A DNA stretch of 63,403 bases, the filler included, from Octopus bimaculoides (lineage: Eukaryota): NCBI RefSeq assembly GCF_001194135.2. It is 7 parts of 6 records of this genome, joined end to end, with 100 filler letters (N's around TTAATTAATTAA, not from the genome) between each part and the next. Parts side by side here need not be neighbours in the genome. Positions count along the whole stretch, not along the records: positions 1 to 9,047 come from NW_026314721.1; positions 9,148 to 29,223 come from NC_068997.1; 5 more parts are not named here. One strand, written 5' to 3'. Made by a program: the position numbers and the translations under genes. Below, one piece after another: positions 1 to 13,497 of the stretch. The notes under the pieces are model-generated. The model was not told where the DNA came from, searched no databases, and was given only the letters and a program-made list of their open reading frames with translations. Position 1 is the stretch's first letter; every line of letters starts with the position of its first letter.

Positions 1-48
1 TCTTAATAATCAGGCAATAATTTGATAGCTCTGCGTCGGCAAGACTTG

Positions 49-230
49 AAAAAATATGGCAAAAATTGAATGGGGTGAACATGACGTCGTGGGGAGTGGA
101 ATATCCAAAATATTTCAGATTCAATCCTTCTCCTGTTCTCTGTCCCCTCCACGAAGGATTGAATCTGAAACGACAGATATTCCCCTCTTCACGGCAAGTT
201 CACCCCTTTCACTTTTCTCCCCATATTTTT
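49..230. repeat. Imperfect ~180-bp palindrome (MITE-like or hairpin)
   Basis: Perfect 18-bp inverted repeat 113-130/153-170 with a 22-nt loop. Outer arms also pair: GGAATATC/GATATTCC, GGGGTGAAC/GTTCACCCC, AAAAATATGG/CCATATTTTT. Confidence 0.8.
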
Positions 231-460
231 ACTGTATATATGTGTGTGTATGTATTTATGTATGTATACACACAGACACATATACACACAGGTATTTGGA
301 ATTTGACGAAATACTTGCAGTTTTTGAGTCAGTTACTTCTGTCAAATATCAATAACACACACACATATATGTATCATTTTTTAAGTCTTTGACTGGTTTC
401 AGTCATTTGACAGTGGCCATGCTGTAGCACCACCTTAATGCCAGAGCACCATGTATATAT

Positions 461-510
<50 letters not shown>

Positions 511-1148
511 NNNNNNNNNNNNNNNNNNNNNNNNNNNNNNNNNNNNNNNNNNNNNNNNNNNNNNNNNNNNNNNNNNNNNNNNNNNNNNNNNNNNNNNNNN
601 NNNNNNNNNNNNNNNNNNNNNNNNNNNNNNNNNNNNNNNNNNNNNNNNNNNNNNNNNNNNNNNNNNNNNNNNNNNNNNNNNNNNNNNNNNNNNNNNNNNN
701 NNNNNNNNNNNNNNNNNNNNNNNNNNNNNNNNNNNNNNNNNNNNNNNNNNNNNNNNNNNNNNNNNNNNNNNNNNNNNNNNNNNNNNNNNNNNNNNNNNNN
801 NNNNNNNNNNNNNNNNNNNNNNNNNNNNNNNNNNNNNNNNNNNNNNNNNNNNNNNNNNNNNNNNNNNNNNNNNNNNNNNNNNNNNNNNNNNNNNNNNNNN
901 NNNNNNNNNNNNNNNNNNNNNNNNNNNNNNNNNNNNNNNNNNNNNNNNNNNNNNNNNNNNNNNNNNNNNNNNNNNNNNNNNNNNNNNNNNNNNNNNNNNN
1001 NNNNNNNNNNNNNNNNNNNNNNNNNNNNNNNNNNNNNNNNNNNNNNNNNNNNNNNNNNNNNNNNNNNNNNNNNNNNNNNNNNNNNNNNNNNNNNNNNNNN
1101 NNNNNNNNNNNNNNNNNNNNNNNNNNNNNNNNNNNNNGTGTGTATATA

Positions 1149-1202
<54 letters not shown>

Positions 1203-2096
1203 ATATATACATACACACACATATATAAACCATAAAAAGTCAGGAAGCACAAGAGGTGAATATATATATTTAACCACTTGACATCTTTAGGATTACAACC
1301 ATTTAGTAGCCTTTTTCATGTAATAATAATAATAATCGTCTGTATTGGATTACTGTGTGGTCTGCTAGCCAAGTCTGTTAGAGGAGCTTATAGTGAAAGC
1401 CACATGATTTTATGAATCCATATATTACACTACAATAAGATTATACATATATGTGTGTCATATATATATACATATATATATATAATGCTTGCATTAAAGA
1501 TAAAAAAAACCCCAGAAAATAGAGGCTGTGTATAGGTTTGCTGATGTGTCCCAATACACGAAACTCACAGCCCTCGAGTCACACTTGGTAATAACTACTG
1601 CTGATCATCATCATCATCATCATCATCATCATCGTTTAACGTCCAAGGAAAATTTAGAATGAAAAATATACGTACATACTATATATGTACACACACACAC
1701 ACACACACGCGCGCGCGAGTGTATAGTTTTGGTTTGGTGAAGTGCCAAATATACGAAACATTCAGCTCTCGAGTCACTCCAACTTTCGTTGATCATTAAT
1801 AAAAAAAAATTAATAATGAAAGATTTACATGTATCTTAATTACATACATATCTGTATACACACGTATAGAAAATATATATAACTTTTCTGTAGTTTTCTT
1901 TAAAAAAAAAACACTATAATGAAAAGGTGATGGATCGTATATATATGTCTGTGTGTGTGTGTGTGTGTGTTATAAATTAATATCCTCGATTAAGTGTGTA
2001 GTAAAAGTAATTGATATACATACGTGAGTGTAAAAAGCAAAATTATCCAAAAAGGTAATGTTTTCTTTTCTCAAAGAAATTAGTTTTTCCAATCCA

Positions 2097-2127
<31 letters not shown>

Positions 2128-2277
2128 AAGTATATTATACGTACAATATGCAATAATATATATACTAGTAAGATATATATATATATACAATTGCAGTAAG
2201 GGTCCTTTTTTTTCTTTCGTAAGGGTTTAAATTCCAAAAGGGGTTAAGTTTAGATGTTGATGTTCTTTCTCCCCCAG

Positions 2278-2354
2278 AAGCAAGAGATGCGTCTTAATCC
2301 TGTGCGGACCGTCCTGCAAAGTGCGAGAGCAGGTTCCGTCCCTCACCCTTCTTG
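2278..2354 (+). CDS. Candidate 77-nt exon of an unknown gene
   Basis: Acceptor ttctttctcccccAG and donor GTaaag around non-repetitive, GC-richer sequence. Two frames are open (KQEMRLNPVRTVLQSARAGSVPHPS or SKRCVLILCGPSCKVREQVPSLTLL). No homology recognised. Confidence 0.25.
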
Positions 2355-5104
2355 GTAAAGTAACTTCTCCCTCTCTCTCTACCGTTTTACCTCCTCCTCC
2401 TCCTCCCAAAGTCACACTCACACAGCCAGACACGCGTGTACAGACACACACACGCGCACACATACAGAGTTTAGCAGTGTTGAAGGATGGAGAATCTATG
2501 TATATGTCACTTTGCGTACATAGATGTGTGTGTACGTGTGTGTGTGTGTGGTGAGGAGGAGGTTTATGGAAGCCTGGTAGAAGAAAAACTCTTGTGTGAC
2601 TTCTGTGTGTGTGTGTTGGGATATGAGAGAGAAAGAAAGGGAAAAGGTGAGAGAGAGAGAGAGAGGTGGAAGAGATGGAGGGAGGGAGGGAGAAGGAGAT
2701 ATGGTGCTGGTGGAAGAGGGAGGATGGAGAAACAAAGAAACAGTCACAAAGAGAGAGAGACACACACACACNNNNNNNNNNNNNNNNNNNNNNNNNNNNN
2801 NNNNNNNNNNNNNNNNNNNNNNNNNNNNNNNNNNNNNNNNNNNNNNNNNNNNNNNNNNNNNNNNNNNNNNNNNNNNNNNNNNNNNNNNNNNNNNNNNNNN
2901 NNNNNNNNNNNNNNNNNNNNNNNNNNNNNNNNNNNNNNNNNNNNNNNNNNNNNNNNNNNNNNNNNNNNNNNNNNNNNNNNNNNNNNNNNNNNNNNNNNNN
3001 NNNNNNNNNNNNNNNNNNNNNNNNNNNNNNNNNNNNNNNNNNNNNNNNNNNNNNNNNNNNNNNNNNNNNNNNNNNNNNNNNNNNNNNNNNNNNNNNNNNN
3101 NNNNNNNNNNNNNNNNNNNNNNNNNNNNNNNNNNNNNNNNNNNNNNNNNNNNNNNNNNNNNNNNNNNNNNNNNNNNNNNNNNNNNNNNNNNNNNNNNNNN
3201 NNNNNNNNNNNNNNNNNNNNNNNNNNNNNNNNNNNNNNNNNNNNNNNNNNNNNNNNNNNNNNNNNNNNNNNNNNNNNNNNNNNNNNNNNNNNNNNNNNNN
3301 NNNNNNNNNNNNNNNNNNNNNNNNNNNNNNNNNNNNNNNNNNNNNNNNNNNNNNNNNNNNNNNNNNNNNNNNNNNNNNNNNNNNNNNNNNNNNNNNNNNN
3401 NNNNNNNNNNNNNNNNNNNNNNNNNNNNNNNNNNNNNNNNNNNNNNNNNNNNNNNNNNNNNNNNNNNNNNNNNNNNNNNNNNNNNNNNNNNNNNNNNNNN
3501 NNGTGGGGGGAGGTGGAAATGACGAACCCATCACCACTTCTCTGGGAACCACCACAGCAACAACACAGATGGAACTTCTAGAGCACCACTAACAACCACA
3601 ACCACTACCACTACCACAACTACTACGAGACCTACTAACAACTACCACCCCAACCACGACCACCAATACTGTTAAGTTGCTGTTACCACTTCTGGGAAAG
3701 GGGTTAATACTTTTACTACCACACAAGCCACAACAGGGGTGAGATACTAGCTGCAGCAGCACTACCACCCATACCAAAAGACAGGACACCACTCATTTTT
3801 CTATATATACTACGTCTGTGGCAACAACAATTTAACCACGATTACTGTAACCCACACTACTACAAAATACAAAACCACCACCACCACTGCGACTACTACT
3901 ACCACTACTACTACTACTACAGCAATCAGCAGTGCCTGTGGCTGTGGTGTTTGGTATGTATGGAATGAAGAGAGAGGGAGGGAGGTGTGTGTGTGTGTGT
4001 GTTGTGTGGATGAAGAGAAAGAGAGAGAGAGAGAGAGAGAGTAAAGGGTTGACTGAATACATGTGTGATGAGATATATGTGTGTATATATACACATATTT
4101 ACATACAGTATATACATATGTATACTTGTACGTACACACACACACAGAGAAATTCACATGTTTACACACACACACACACACGAAAACATACATTCATGTG
4201 TTTATATGCGTGTGTACATTATATATATACCCAGACATACAGACACACACACACGTGTGGGTATATATAAATATATATACCCACACATATATACACACAC
4301 ATNNNNNNNNNNTAAATATATATACCCACACATATATACACACACATATATACCCACACATATATACACACACATATATACACACATATATATACACACA
4401 CACATATATATACACACACACACACATATATACGCACACACACATAGATATACAAACATATATATATACACACACACCCACACTGACACTGTACATAGGG
4501 ATAGGGAGCATGGAAGAGGAAAACTATGGTGGACCATGGAGGTGGCAGTGGTGGTGGTGGTGGGAGGAGAGAGTGATGAAGCAACAACAATAAGTGTGGG
4601 AGGCAAAATGATGGTGATGATGGTGATGACGATGATGATGGTGGTGGCGGCTGGGGAAGGGGTTACCTAAACAAGGAGGAGGGGTAAGAGGTACTGAATG
4701 GTGAGAGTTACACACACACACACGCACTGCTGGGGAGACATCCAAGCAGTTAGATGCGTTAGAAATAGCAGCCAAATCTCAAACTGTCCTTCGTGCCTTA
4801 GGAAAACAGAGGTAAAATGGGAAGGCCACAACTGGGCCGTCTTTAAATTGCTGGTCTCCACGATCAGCCAAATGACTCAAACAAGTAAAAGAGAATATAT
4901 ATATACGCATGTGTGTGTGTATATATTTGTACATACGTTTATAGCGCGCGTGTGTGTGTGTGTGTACGTATTGAGATTAGTAAATGCAAAGAGACGAGTG
5001 CACACGCGTGCACTTATGTGGGTGTGTGCATAGGATGAGATGTACACCCATGTCTGTCGTGCAAACATAACAGAACGTTGGCTGGATTGGGAAAAACAAA
5101 GAGA

Positions 5105-5139
<35 letters not shown>

Positions 5140-5770
5140 AGGAGTGAAGGGTGTGGCCCTGGAGCAGGGGTGAGTGATGCATCTGTATGGAAAAGGACAA
5201 CATTGTAGGGTTGGGTGGTGTGGATGGGCGACACGTAGAGTGCCCCCTGCCCCCACCGTGTACGCGTGTGAATGCCGCAAAGCCCCAAGAATCGAGAAAA
5301 CATGTTTGTCAATAATCTCCGTTCGTGACAGCAGCAGCAAAAAATCTCTTCTTTTAGGAAATGAAAACATTAAAGGTTGGTGACACAAAGAGCATCCCAA
5401 CTGTAGGAAATTCTGTCTCGGTAACATCTCATCCGATCCATGCCACAAAGTGGGAAAAACAGACAGAAAACCAAACGAATATAGATCATCATCATCATCA
5501 TCATCTTTTTAAAGTCCGCTTTTCCATGCTGGCATGGGTCAGGCAAATTTTATTGAGGCAGGTTTTTTTGTAAAGTTTTCTCCTCGGCCCGACATGTTTT
5601 TCATGGAAGATTGGAGAGACACAACACTGCTAGTATAACAGTGACTCTCATTTACAACTATCATGCAAGATTAGGAGAGACACACACACACACACACACA
5701 CAAAACCATGCATGCCCACACACACACACATACGTACGGGGCTACATGAATTAGAACAAAAATGTTATAT

Positions 5771-6147
5771 AGGCACAAGCATGGCTGTGAAGGTAAGAAG
5801 CCTGCTTCCCAAACACGTGGTCCTGGGTTCAGTCCCACTGCGTGGCACCTTGGACAGGTATCTTCTACTATAGCCCTGGGCTGATCAAAGATGTGCGATT
5901 GGATTTGGTAAATGGAAACTGAAAGAAGCCTGCTGTGTTTGTATTTGTGTTACTCCCCACCACCACCATTTGACAACCGGTGGTGGTGTGTTTACATCCC
6001 CTGTAACTTAGCATAAAAGACTGATAGGATAAATACCCGGGATTAGGTAACGATTGGTGGGGGGGGGTCGATTCATTCGACTAACACCTTTCAAGGTCGG
6101 TGCCCCAGCATGGCCACAGAGTCTACTAGCTGAAAACAAGATGGAAG
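5771..6147 (+). mobile_element. SINE family B (tRNA-like head, ~400-500 bp)
   Basis: GCATGGCTGTG...GGTTCAGTCCCACTGCGTGGCACCTTGG...GGAAACTGAAAGAAGCC...CCAGCATGGCC; the same sequence recurs at least 6 times in the window. Confidence 0.85.
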
Positions 6148-6511
6148 ATGGGGAACAGACACCAGACAATGCCAGCCCCAACATGACCACCCCCACTGCC
6201 TGCCTCCGCCTCACCAAATGACCTCATCAACTGTGATGTGCTTTGTTTTGTTACATCACCACCACCACCACCACCACCACCATTATTCATACAGGCCCCA
6301 CCCCACCCCCTCTGTTGCTGATAAACAGTGTCCATCTGGCCGCCCACTCAAACTTTCAACACACACACACTCAGATACACACAATATACATATAAACATA
6401 CACACAAACACATACATATACAAACATACATGTACACAAAACGCACATATATATATATATACACACACACACATATACACACATACATATATATACATGT
6501 ACACTAAACAT

Positions 6512-6554
<43 letters not shown>

Positions 6555-6894
6555 TATATATATATACATACATACATACACACATCTACATTAAATCACA
6601 TGTACAAACACACACATCTACATACATTCACAAAGACATATACACACACACACACACACAATAAATCCTGGATCCAGTCATGCCCTTCTCCCCACCACCC
6701 CCGCCTTAAACTCTCCTACTTCCACCACCACCCGTCCCCTACCTCCCTTCCTACAGCACAACACCACCACCGCCACCACTGCCAATGACGTCAACAATAC
6801 TATTATTGACATTAACACCATCACCATCACCATCCTCATCTTCCCCCATCTTCCACAAAGCCAACAAAGGATGCCTTCATGCAGTCCCATCAAC

Positions 6895-7320
6895 AGGCAA
6901 GAAATAGCAGCCAAATCTACCTTTAAAAATCCATATCTTGAAGGACACACTAGACAACTATCTCAAATGTGCTGTGTATATTAAGAAACACAAGACAGGA
7001 TGGTCACAATCGGAATGTCTTTGATCACAGGCCTGTTTGGATCAGGACTGATCTGGGGCTAAACGACACCTCTCTATCCACTAATACTAACTACTATACT
7101 ATGCATTACATAATGTAGTCCTAGGTACACTATGCCTGAATAAAAGACGGGATGGTCACAGCTGGAGCATCTTTGATCACTGGTCTCTCAACTGGATCAG
7201 GACTGGCTCGGGGTTAAACAACAACAACAATAACAACTACAGCCATCTGACATCACCAGGTGCCTTCCACGTGGTTGCTCCACTTGCTAGAAATAGCAGT
7301 AAAATCTCCCCTAAAACACA
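6895..7320 (+). mobile_element. Cluster of SINE-like family E fragments
   Basis: Recurring AGAAATAGCAGCCAAATCT and GGATGGTCACA...CTTTGATCAC...GGGGCTAAAC blocks; related pieces near 4755-4880, 15000-15220 and 42340-42490 (minus). Confidence 0.6.
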
Positions 7321-8419
7321 AAAATCGTACCCTAAATGTTCTACCGCCACGGCCACCACCACCACCACCGCCTCCGCCGCTCCCACCCGCTCATGTAACA
7401 CCCTTTGCGCCACCGCCAATGACTCAACACAAGTTTAAAACACACAGACAGAAAAATGAGACAATAAACATTTGGTGTGAGTTTCTGGGTCTCTTATGTC
7501 CTCCTGCCTGTGTGTCAGTGTGTCTGTCTGTCTCTCTCTCTCTCCTCTCCACTGTCTACCTGACTCTGTGTGCATCTCCCTCTCTCTCGCCACCCCCTTA
7601 TATTGCTATCTACCCCCATATCCAGCTGTCAACGTACACCTCCTAACTATTTGTAGAGCTTTCAGGGGGCCCCCATCCTCCTTTCCTCTCTCTCTGCTTG
7701 TTATATATATCTCTCCGTCTAGCTGTTTCGCTATTCCGGGTGGAGGGTAGCTTATCAGGTTGCCTGTCTAATCAGCCATCCACCCGTTTATCTGTCTCTC
7801 CATCGTGTCTAACTGTGTCTATCTATCTATCAACCTATCTCTATTCATCCATCCATCTCTTGGTCTATTTACCTGCCTACCTACCTACCTGCCCCTCTCT
7901 CTCTATCAATCAATCCATCTATCTGTCTGTCTATCCATGCTGGCATGGGTTGGACGGTTCGGAGCAAACCTCTTCGTCCACATCATTTAACATGTTTCCC
8001 CATGTTGGCATGGACAACGGACGCTACATGACGACGATGACGACGATGACGACAGGTACAAATAAGGCCACCACATAACTTACAAGACGAAAAGGTCCNN
8101 NNNNNNNNNNNNNNNNNNNNNNNNNNNNNNNNNNNNNNNNNNNNNNNNNNNNNNNNNNNNNNNNNNNNNNNNNNNNNNNNNNNNNNNNNNNNNNNNNNNN
8201 NNNNNNNNNNNNNNNNNNNNNNNNNNNNNNNNNNNNNNNNNNNNNNNNNNNNNNNNNNNNNNNNNNNNNNNNNNNNNNNNNNNNNNNNNNNNNNNNNNNN
8301 NNNNNNNNNNNNNNNNNNNNNNNNNNNNNNNNNNNNNNNNNNNNNNNNNNNNNNNNNNNNNNNNNNNNNNNNNNNNNNNNNNNNNNNNNNNNNNNNNNNN
8401 NNNNNNNNNNNNNNNNNNN

Positions 8420-8515
8420 GTGGGGGAAGTCGATTAGATCGACCCTAGTACGTAACTGGTACTTAATTTATCAACCCCGAAAAGATGAAAGGCAAAGTTG
8501 ACCTCGGTGGAATTT
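8420..8515 (-). mobile_element. SINE family A fragment
   Basis: Reverse complement of the family core GCCTTTCATCCTTTCGGGGTCGATAAA..GTACCAG. Confidence 0.8.
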
Positions 8516-9047
8516 AATAATAATAATATCAATACCTTACCATTTGTAATAATAATAATAATTCTCTCTAATTTTAGGAGGGGAGAGATAAGTCGATCAC
8601 ACAGACCTCCTCAGTCTATGGATCTCAAAATAATAATAATAATAATAATGATAATAATAATAATAATAATAATGATAATAATAATAATAATAATGATGAT
8701 AATAATAATAGTCATAGCAATGGTGTCGTTCTTTCAGTCTTTCTCTTCTAATTTAATTAACAAATTCAAGAAAGACAAAAATAATGAGTTCTTCAATAAA
8801 ACTGCCAGGTAAGCAGTCGAGATTCCTCTCCTTTGGTGTTGATACACATGCACCAACAGATACAAGCACACACACACACTGAGATACACTGTCAGGCACA
8901 CATGCATATGCACACACACACACACACACACTGACACAAAGACACACAGACTTTCTTTATCTCTCTAATACACACACACACACACAGACACAAGCACTCA
9001 CAAACACACACACACAGGCACTCTCTCTCTCTCTCTCTCTCTCTCTC

Positions 9048-9147
9048 NNNNNNNNNNNNNNNNNNNNNNNNNNNNNNNNNNNNNNNNNNNNTTAATTAAT
9101 TAANNNNNNNNNNNNNNNNNNNNNNNNNNNNNNNNNNNNNNNNNNNN
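9048..9147. other. Artificial scaffold-joining spacer
   Basis: 44 N + TTAATTAATTAA (stops in all six frames) + 44 N. Confidence 0.97.
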
Positions 9148-9522
9148 CAGCAGATGACAACGTTTCTCTAAAAGAAATGGAAAAACTTTCAAAATACAAA
9201 GACCTGGAAATAGAGATAACTCGAATGTGGAATCTAAAAACAGAAACAATTCCTATCATAGTAGGTGCCTTAGGTATAATAAAAAAATATTCAGACAAAT
9301 ACATAACAAAAACACCAGGACTTACAAATATATATAACATACAGAAAATTGCACTACTGGGTACTGCACACATTCTACGCAAAACACTTTCAATACAGTA
9401 AACATAAGAGCACCACAGCAAACCACAGCACATACCCAAGGCGCACAGAGCTGCGCTCGGTAGTGAAGTGAAAGCACGTTATAAAAATAAAACTACTGAA
9501 TAATAATAATAATAATAATAAT
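9148..9522 (+). mobile_element. R4/Dong-like non-LTR retrotransposon 3' end (restriction-like endonuclease C-terminus, 3'UTR, (TAA)n tail)
   Basis: EKLSKYKDLEIEITRMW...PIIVGALG...QKIALLGTAHILRKTL is the typical C-terminus of R4/Dong-clade ORFs; (AAT)n tail at 9499-9522. Confidence 0.85.
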
Positions 9523-10330
9523 CCAGAATGACTCTCTATCACCACTCTTTTTTCGCCTAGCCTTAATACCTCACTCGAAATTGCTCGGTGATGTACAATA
9601 TGGCTATAAAATGTTTGATAAAAATATAAATAATCTCTTTTACATGGACGATTTAAAGCTTTTTGCAAAAGATGACCAACAACTACAGGGCTTATCAGCA
9701 ATTGTTAAACATCAGGATGCAATTTGGCCTCGATAAATGTGCAAAAGTTACCTTTATCAAAGGAAAAATAACAGAAACACCCAACATTAATCTTGACCAG
9801 CAGAATGTCATAAAGAAGTTAGAACCAGCGGAGAGCTACAAATATCTACGGGTATTTGAAGGTGATGAAATCAAGCATTAAATGATGAGGGAAATGATCA
9901 GAAGAGAATGTTATCACAGGGTAGGGGCACTACTCAAGACAAAGCTGAATACAAGAAGCAGGATCGAAGCGATCAATACTTTAGCCATACCGATCATGAA
10001 TTATAGTTTCAATATCATTAACTGGTCAATTACTGAAATACGTAATCTTGACAGAAAAATACGAACATTGTTGACAATGCATAGAATGCAGGACCCTAAG
10101 GCAGATATAGAACGACTTTAATTGCCAAGAAAAGCAGGTATCCGTGGACTTTTACAACTAGAAATAACAATGAAGATTACCACAATTGGCCTCAACACCA
10201 ACCTAAAAAAACTCCGATGACTGGATGTTAAATCTTGATTTAAAGCATGAGAACAAGAAAACATCCTTATTAAAATAATAATTTTTGACAAATCTGTCTG
10301 TAACATAACTTCCTGTTTGGTTCGCAACTC
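9523..10330 (+). mobile_element. R4/Dong-like reverse transcriptase fragment, frameshifted
   Basis: QNDSLSP (from QGDSLSP), FYMDDLKLF (YMDD at 9641-9652), YKYL, AINTLAIP..YSF..INW, LPRKAGIRGL; contains stops and frameshifts. Confidence 0.9.
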
Positions 10331-10512
10331 TCGTCTTCCCTCTCTCTCTGTGCTTCCATATGTATAACTATATAATCATATACGCACACAAGCATATGTA
10401 TGACATGTGTATGCATGCATATAAATATATATATGTGTGTGTGTGTGCGTGTGTGTGCGTGTGTGTGCGTGTGTGTGTGATAGATAGATAGATAAATAGA
10501 TATGTGTGTGTG

Positions 10513-10552
<40 letters not shown>

Positions 10553-10862
10553 AAGTTTGAAAACGCCACTATATAAAATAAATTTTAATTTATAATTTTC
10601 TCAGAGATATTTTACCTGTTTCGGTTCTATATATAGATATATATATATATATATATATGCAAGGATGAATGTAATCAAATGCACGTACATATTTTTCTCA
10701 ACACGATCTTCAATGACATTAGCTTACCACTTCTTTCAAAACCAAGTTTATTATAAAATCTAAAGAAAATGAATCACCGTTCTTAAAGTTTACCGTAAGA
10801 AAAATTTCGAATATAAACATTAGTTTTTCTCTGTTAAATTTTATATAAGCATTCCCAAGTGC

Positions 10863-10927
<65 letters not shown>

Positions 10928-10960
10928 CATCCATCCATCCATCCATCCATCCATCCATCC
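10863..10960. repeat. Compound (TATC)n-(TCCA)n microsatellite
   Basis: Directly visible. Confidence 0.95.
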
Positions 10961-11052
10961 ATAATAATACTAACACTAACGCTATTTCTAATACTACTGA
11001 TGATGGTGGTGATGATAATGACGATGGCTATGATGCTGCTGCTTCTGCTGCT

Positions 11053-11112
<60 letters not shown>

Positions 11113-11221
11113 AGCTCTGACTGAATAACAGCATAGATGTGGGAAATATAGCTTAGAGTAGTCTAAAATAAATCTGATAATATCACCAAAACTAAAACCA
11201 AATTAACATATACATATAGAC

Positions 11222-11261
<40 letters not shown>

Positions 11262-12014
11262 ATGTGTGTGTGCACGCGTGCTTGTGTGCGTAAGTATGAG
11301 GAAAAGGCTGTTATATGTTCAGTTTATTCTCTCTAATACATGTGATTAACACTCACAAAATACCGTGTTGTAGTAATATGTACAACATAACATGTATGTA
11401 AATGTGTTGAGCTTGTGAGACAAACAGAACCGATTAGAATTAGCTTGTACTTAAGTACAATCAAAACAAAATGATCCCAGTACGATAACGAATACTTATT
11501 ATATTATATGTGATTTTTACAGAAGAAATATATTGTTTAAATACCAGACATAAAGAACAAATGTACGTTTGAAGAAACACAAGCAAGACGAAATTTTGAA
11601 GACAAACAACAAAACGGATCCTACAAAACGATTTCAACTTTCAGTATATGGAAAGCAAAGTGAAAAGAAAGAAAATACAACCAATGTTATTTAAAAACCG
11701 AATCAACTATGTCCGTAGATATATCGACAAAGGACTAGTAATGGTGTATAACAAAATTCCGTTGTATGAATTTATTGATATCGATCCGAAATATATTTAG
11801 AAGCGGTGTACTACCAAATGGTTAACTGCCATCCAAAAGACACGGCTGTTAGAGTCCAAAATTAAAAGAAAATTAAGAGTATGTTGATTTAATGAACAGA
11901 ACTCAGGAGTGGTGTTGTCTTATTACACATCAACCGTATATACAACATACACAAGCATTATAACACAGACGTGTGTTTTATGAAGCAGTTATTATTTTCT
12001 TATATTGTTTTATT

Positions 12015-12222
12015 AGGTGGCGAACTGGCAGAAACATTAGCATACCTGGCGAAATACTTGATGGTATTTCATCTGTCTTTAAGTTCTGAATTCAAATTCA
12101 ACCGAGGTCGACTTCGCCTTTCATCCTTTCGGCGTCGATGAATTAAACACCAGTTGCGTACTAGAGTCGATCTAATCGACTACTCCCCCAAAATTTCGGC
12201 CCTTGTGCCTAGAGTAGAAAAA
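12015..12222 (+). mobile_element. SINE family A, full length
   Basis: GGCGAACTGGCAGAA head, GCCTTTCATCCTTTCGG core, CCTTGTGCCTAGAGTAGAAAA tail. Confidence 0.9.
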
Positions 12223-12248
12223 AAATAATTATTAACATTTTTTTTTTC

Positions 12249-12370
12249 GGCTTTTGAAATGATCTAACCAAGGAACGGTATTCTAGTGAAATACTACCCA
12301 TTTTCCAGTTCTGTGCATCACCATAGAACTGTATGCTCCTACCTCCTCTCTCACCAATCCTACTTTTTTT
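12249..12370. repeat. ~120-bp dispersed repeat, copy 1 (copy 2 at 14225-14345)
   Basis: GGCTTTTGAAAT...CCCATTTTCCAGTTC...CACCATAGAACT...TCTCTCACCA.TCCTACTTTTT is shared in direct orientation. Confidence 0.8.
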
Positions 12371-13497
12371 TTTTTTTATAAGTGAAGGAAGTAATACTAC
12401 AAATGCATTTGCGAATGTATGGAGGTTAATAGTAATAAAAAAAATGAGATAGGATCATTCTATCATAGAAGTGGACGTAAATCGACGAACTGGATTAACA
12501 TAAGCACCTGAACAGTTTACAAACGAACCAAAAGCACCAAAAAAGTATATGTATATGTGATAGGGCTTTACTAGATATAACGAATATCCAGAGATCAATA
12601 AACTAGTTTAACCTTTTCTTTAGCAGAAGTAACATTGAAGAAAACCTGGCCTGATCCGAATAGAGTGAGACCCTGCTCAACCTTCTCCCTCAATGAAATA
12701 GAATAAAAATACACTACATAGAATTGTAAAGAAAATGTATGGTTTATCTTTACGTAGCGAAATGGAAACTTTCACCCTGGTGAATAGAATAAATATGGCA
12801 AAGAGAAAAAAATGTTTTAGATTGATACGAGTTCGTGAATTTTATTTTATTGGCCTCCAAAAAGATAAAGTTGACCACGACGATATTTGAACTCAGAGCG
12901 TTCTAACGATTCTGCCAAATTATTACAGGCGAAGGTATAAACTTTGTGGGAGAATATATTCTATTTAATCTTCTCTTGAATTGACTGTAATTTCGTAAAA
13001 GTCTCTAGCTCTACCGAGAGCTAGGTACATTGGTGTAGGAAAACAAAATGATGGGATATCTTTCGTCATGTTGGTTTACTCAACCAGGGATCGACATGTG
13101 TCTAAAGAACAATGGCAACAAAATAAAAACAACTTGATGGATTTGAAGCTAAACAACAATGAAAATGGTTCGTGAGATTTGAACCCACAATGCGAAGGGA
13201 TATAACTGCGTAAATACCGCAATGCTTATGCAATATTAACCGCAGCTCCAGAAGTTTGGCTTTTTGTTTCTCTTCAACCCACCGACCTTTATATATAGCT
13301 TCAATGCAGTCACTGAGTCTGTCAACTGTGAACCCAGAATATAGTAGTAAACATTAAACAGAAGTTGTAGAAGAAGAAGAAGAAGAAGAAGAAGAAGAAG
13401 AAGAAGAAGAAGAAGAAGAAGAAGAAAAAGAAGCCTGAGTAAGCCAATGAAACATTAATTTACATTTTAAACATTAAGACTAGATTAGATACCTTAC

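Noticed and set aside
8590-8620. Minus-strand CTGAGGA with a 4-bp stem II
   Set aside because: Followed by GACT rather than GAAA.
8738-8808. 71-nt plus-strand exon candidate (SFSSNLINKFKKDKNNEFFNKTA, CAG|GTAAGC)
   Set aside because: Very AT-rich, abuts a TAA microsatellite, short acceptor tract; not distinguishable from background.
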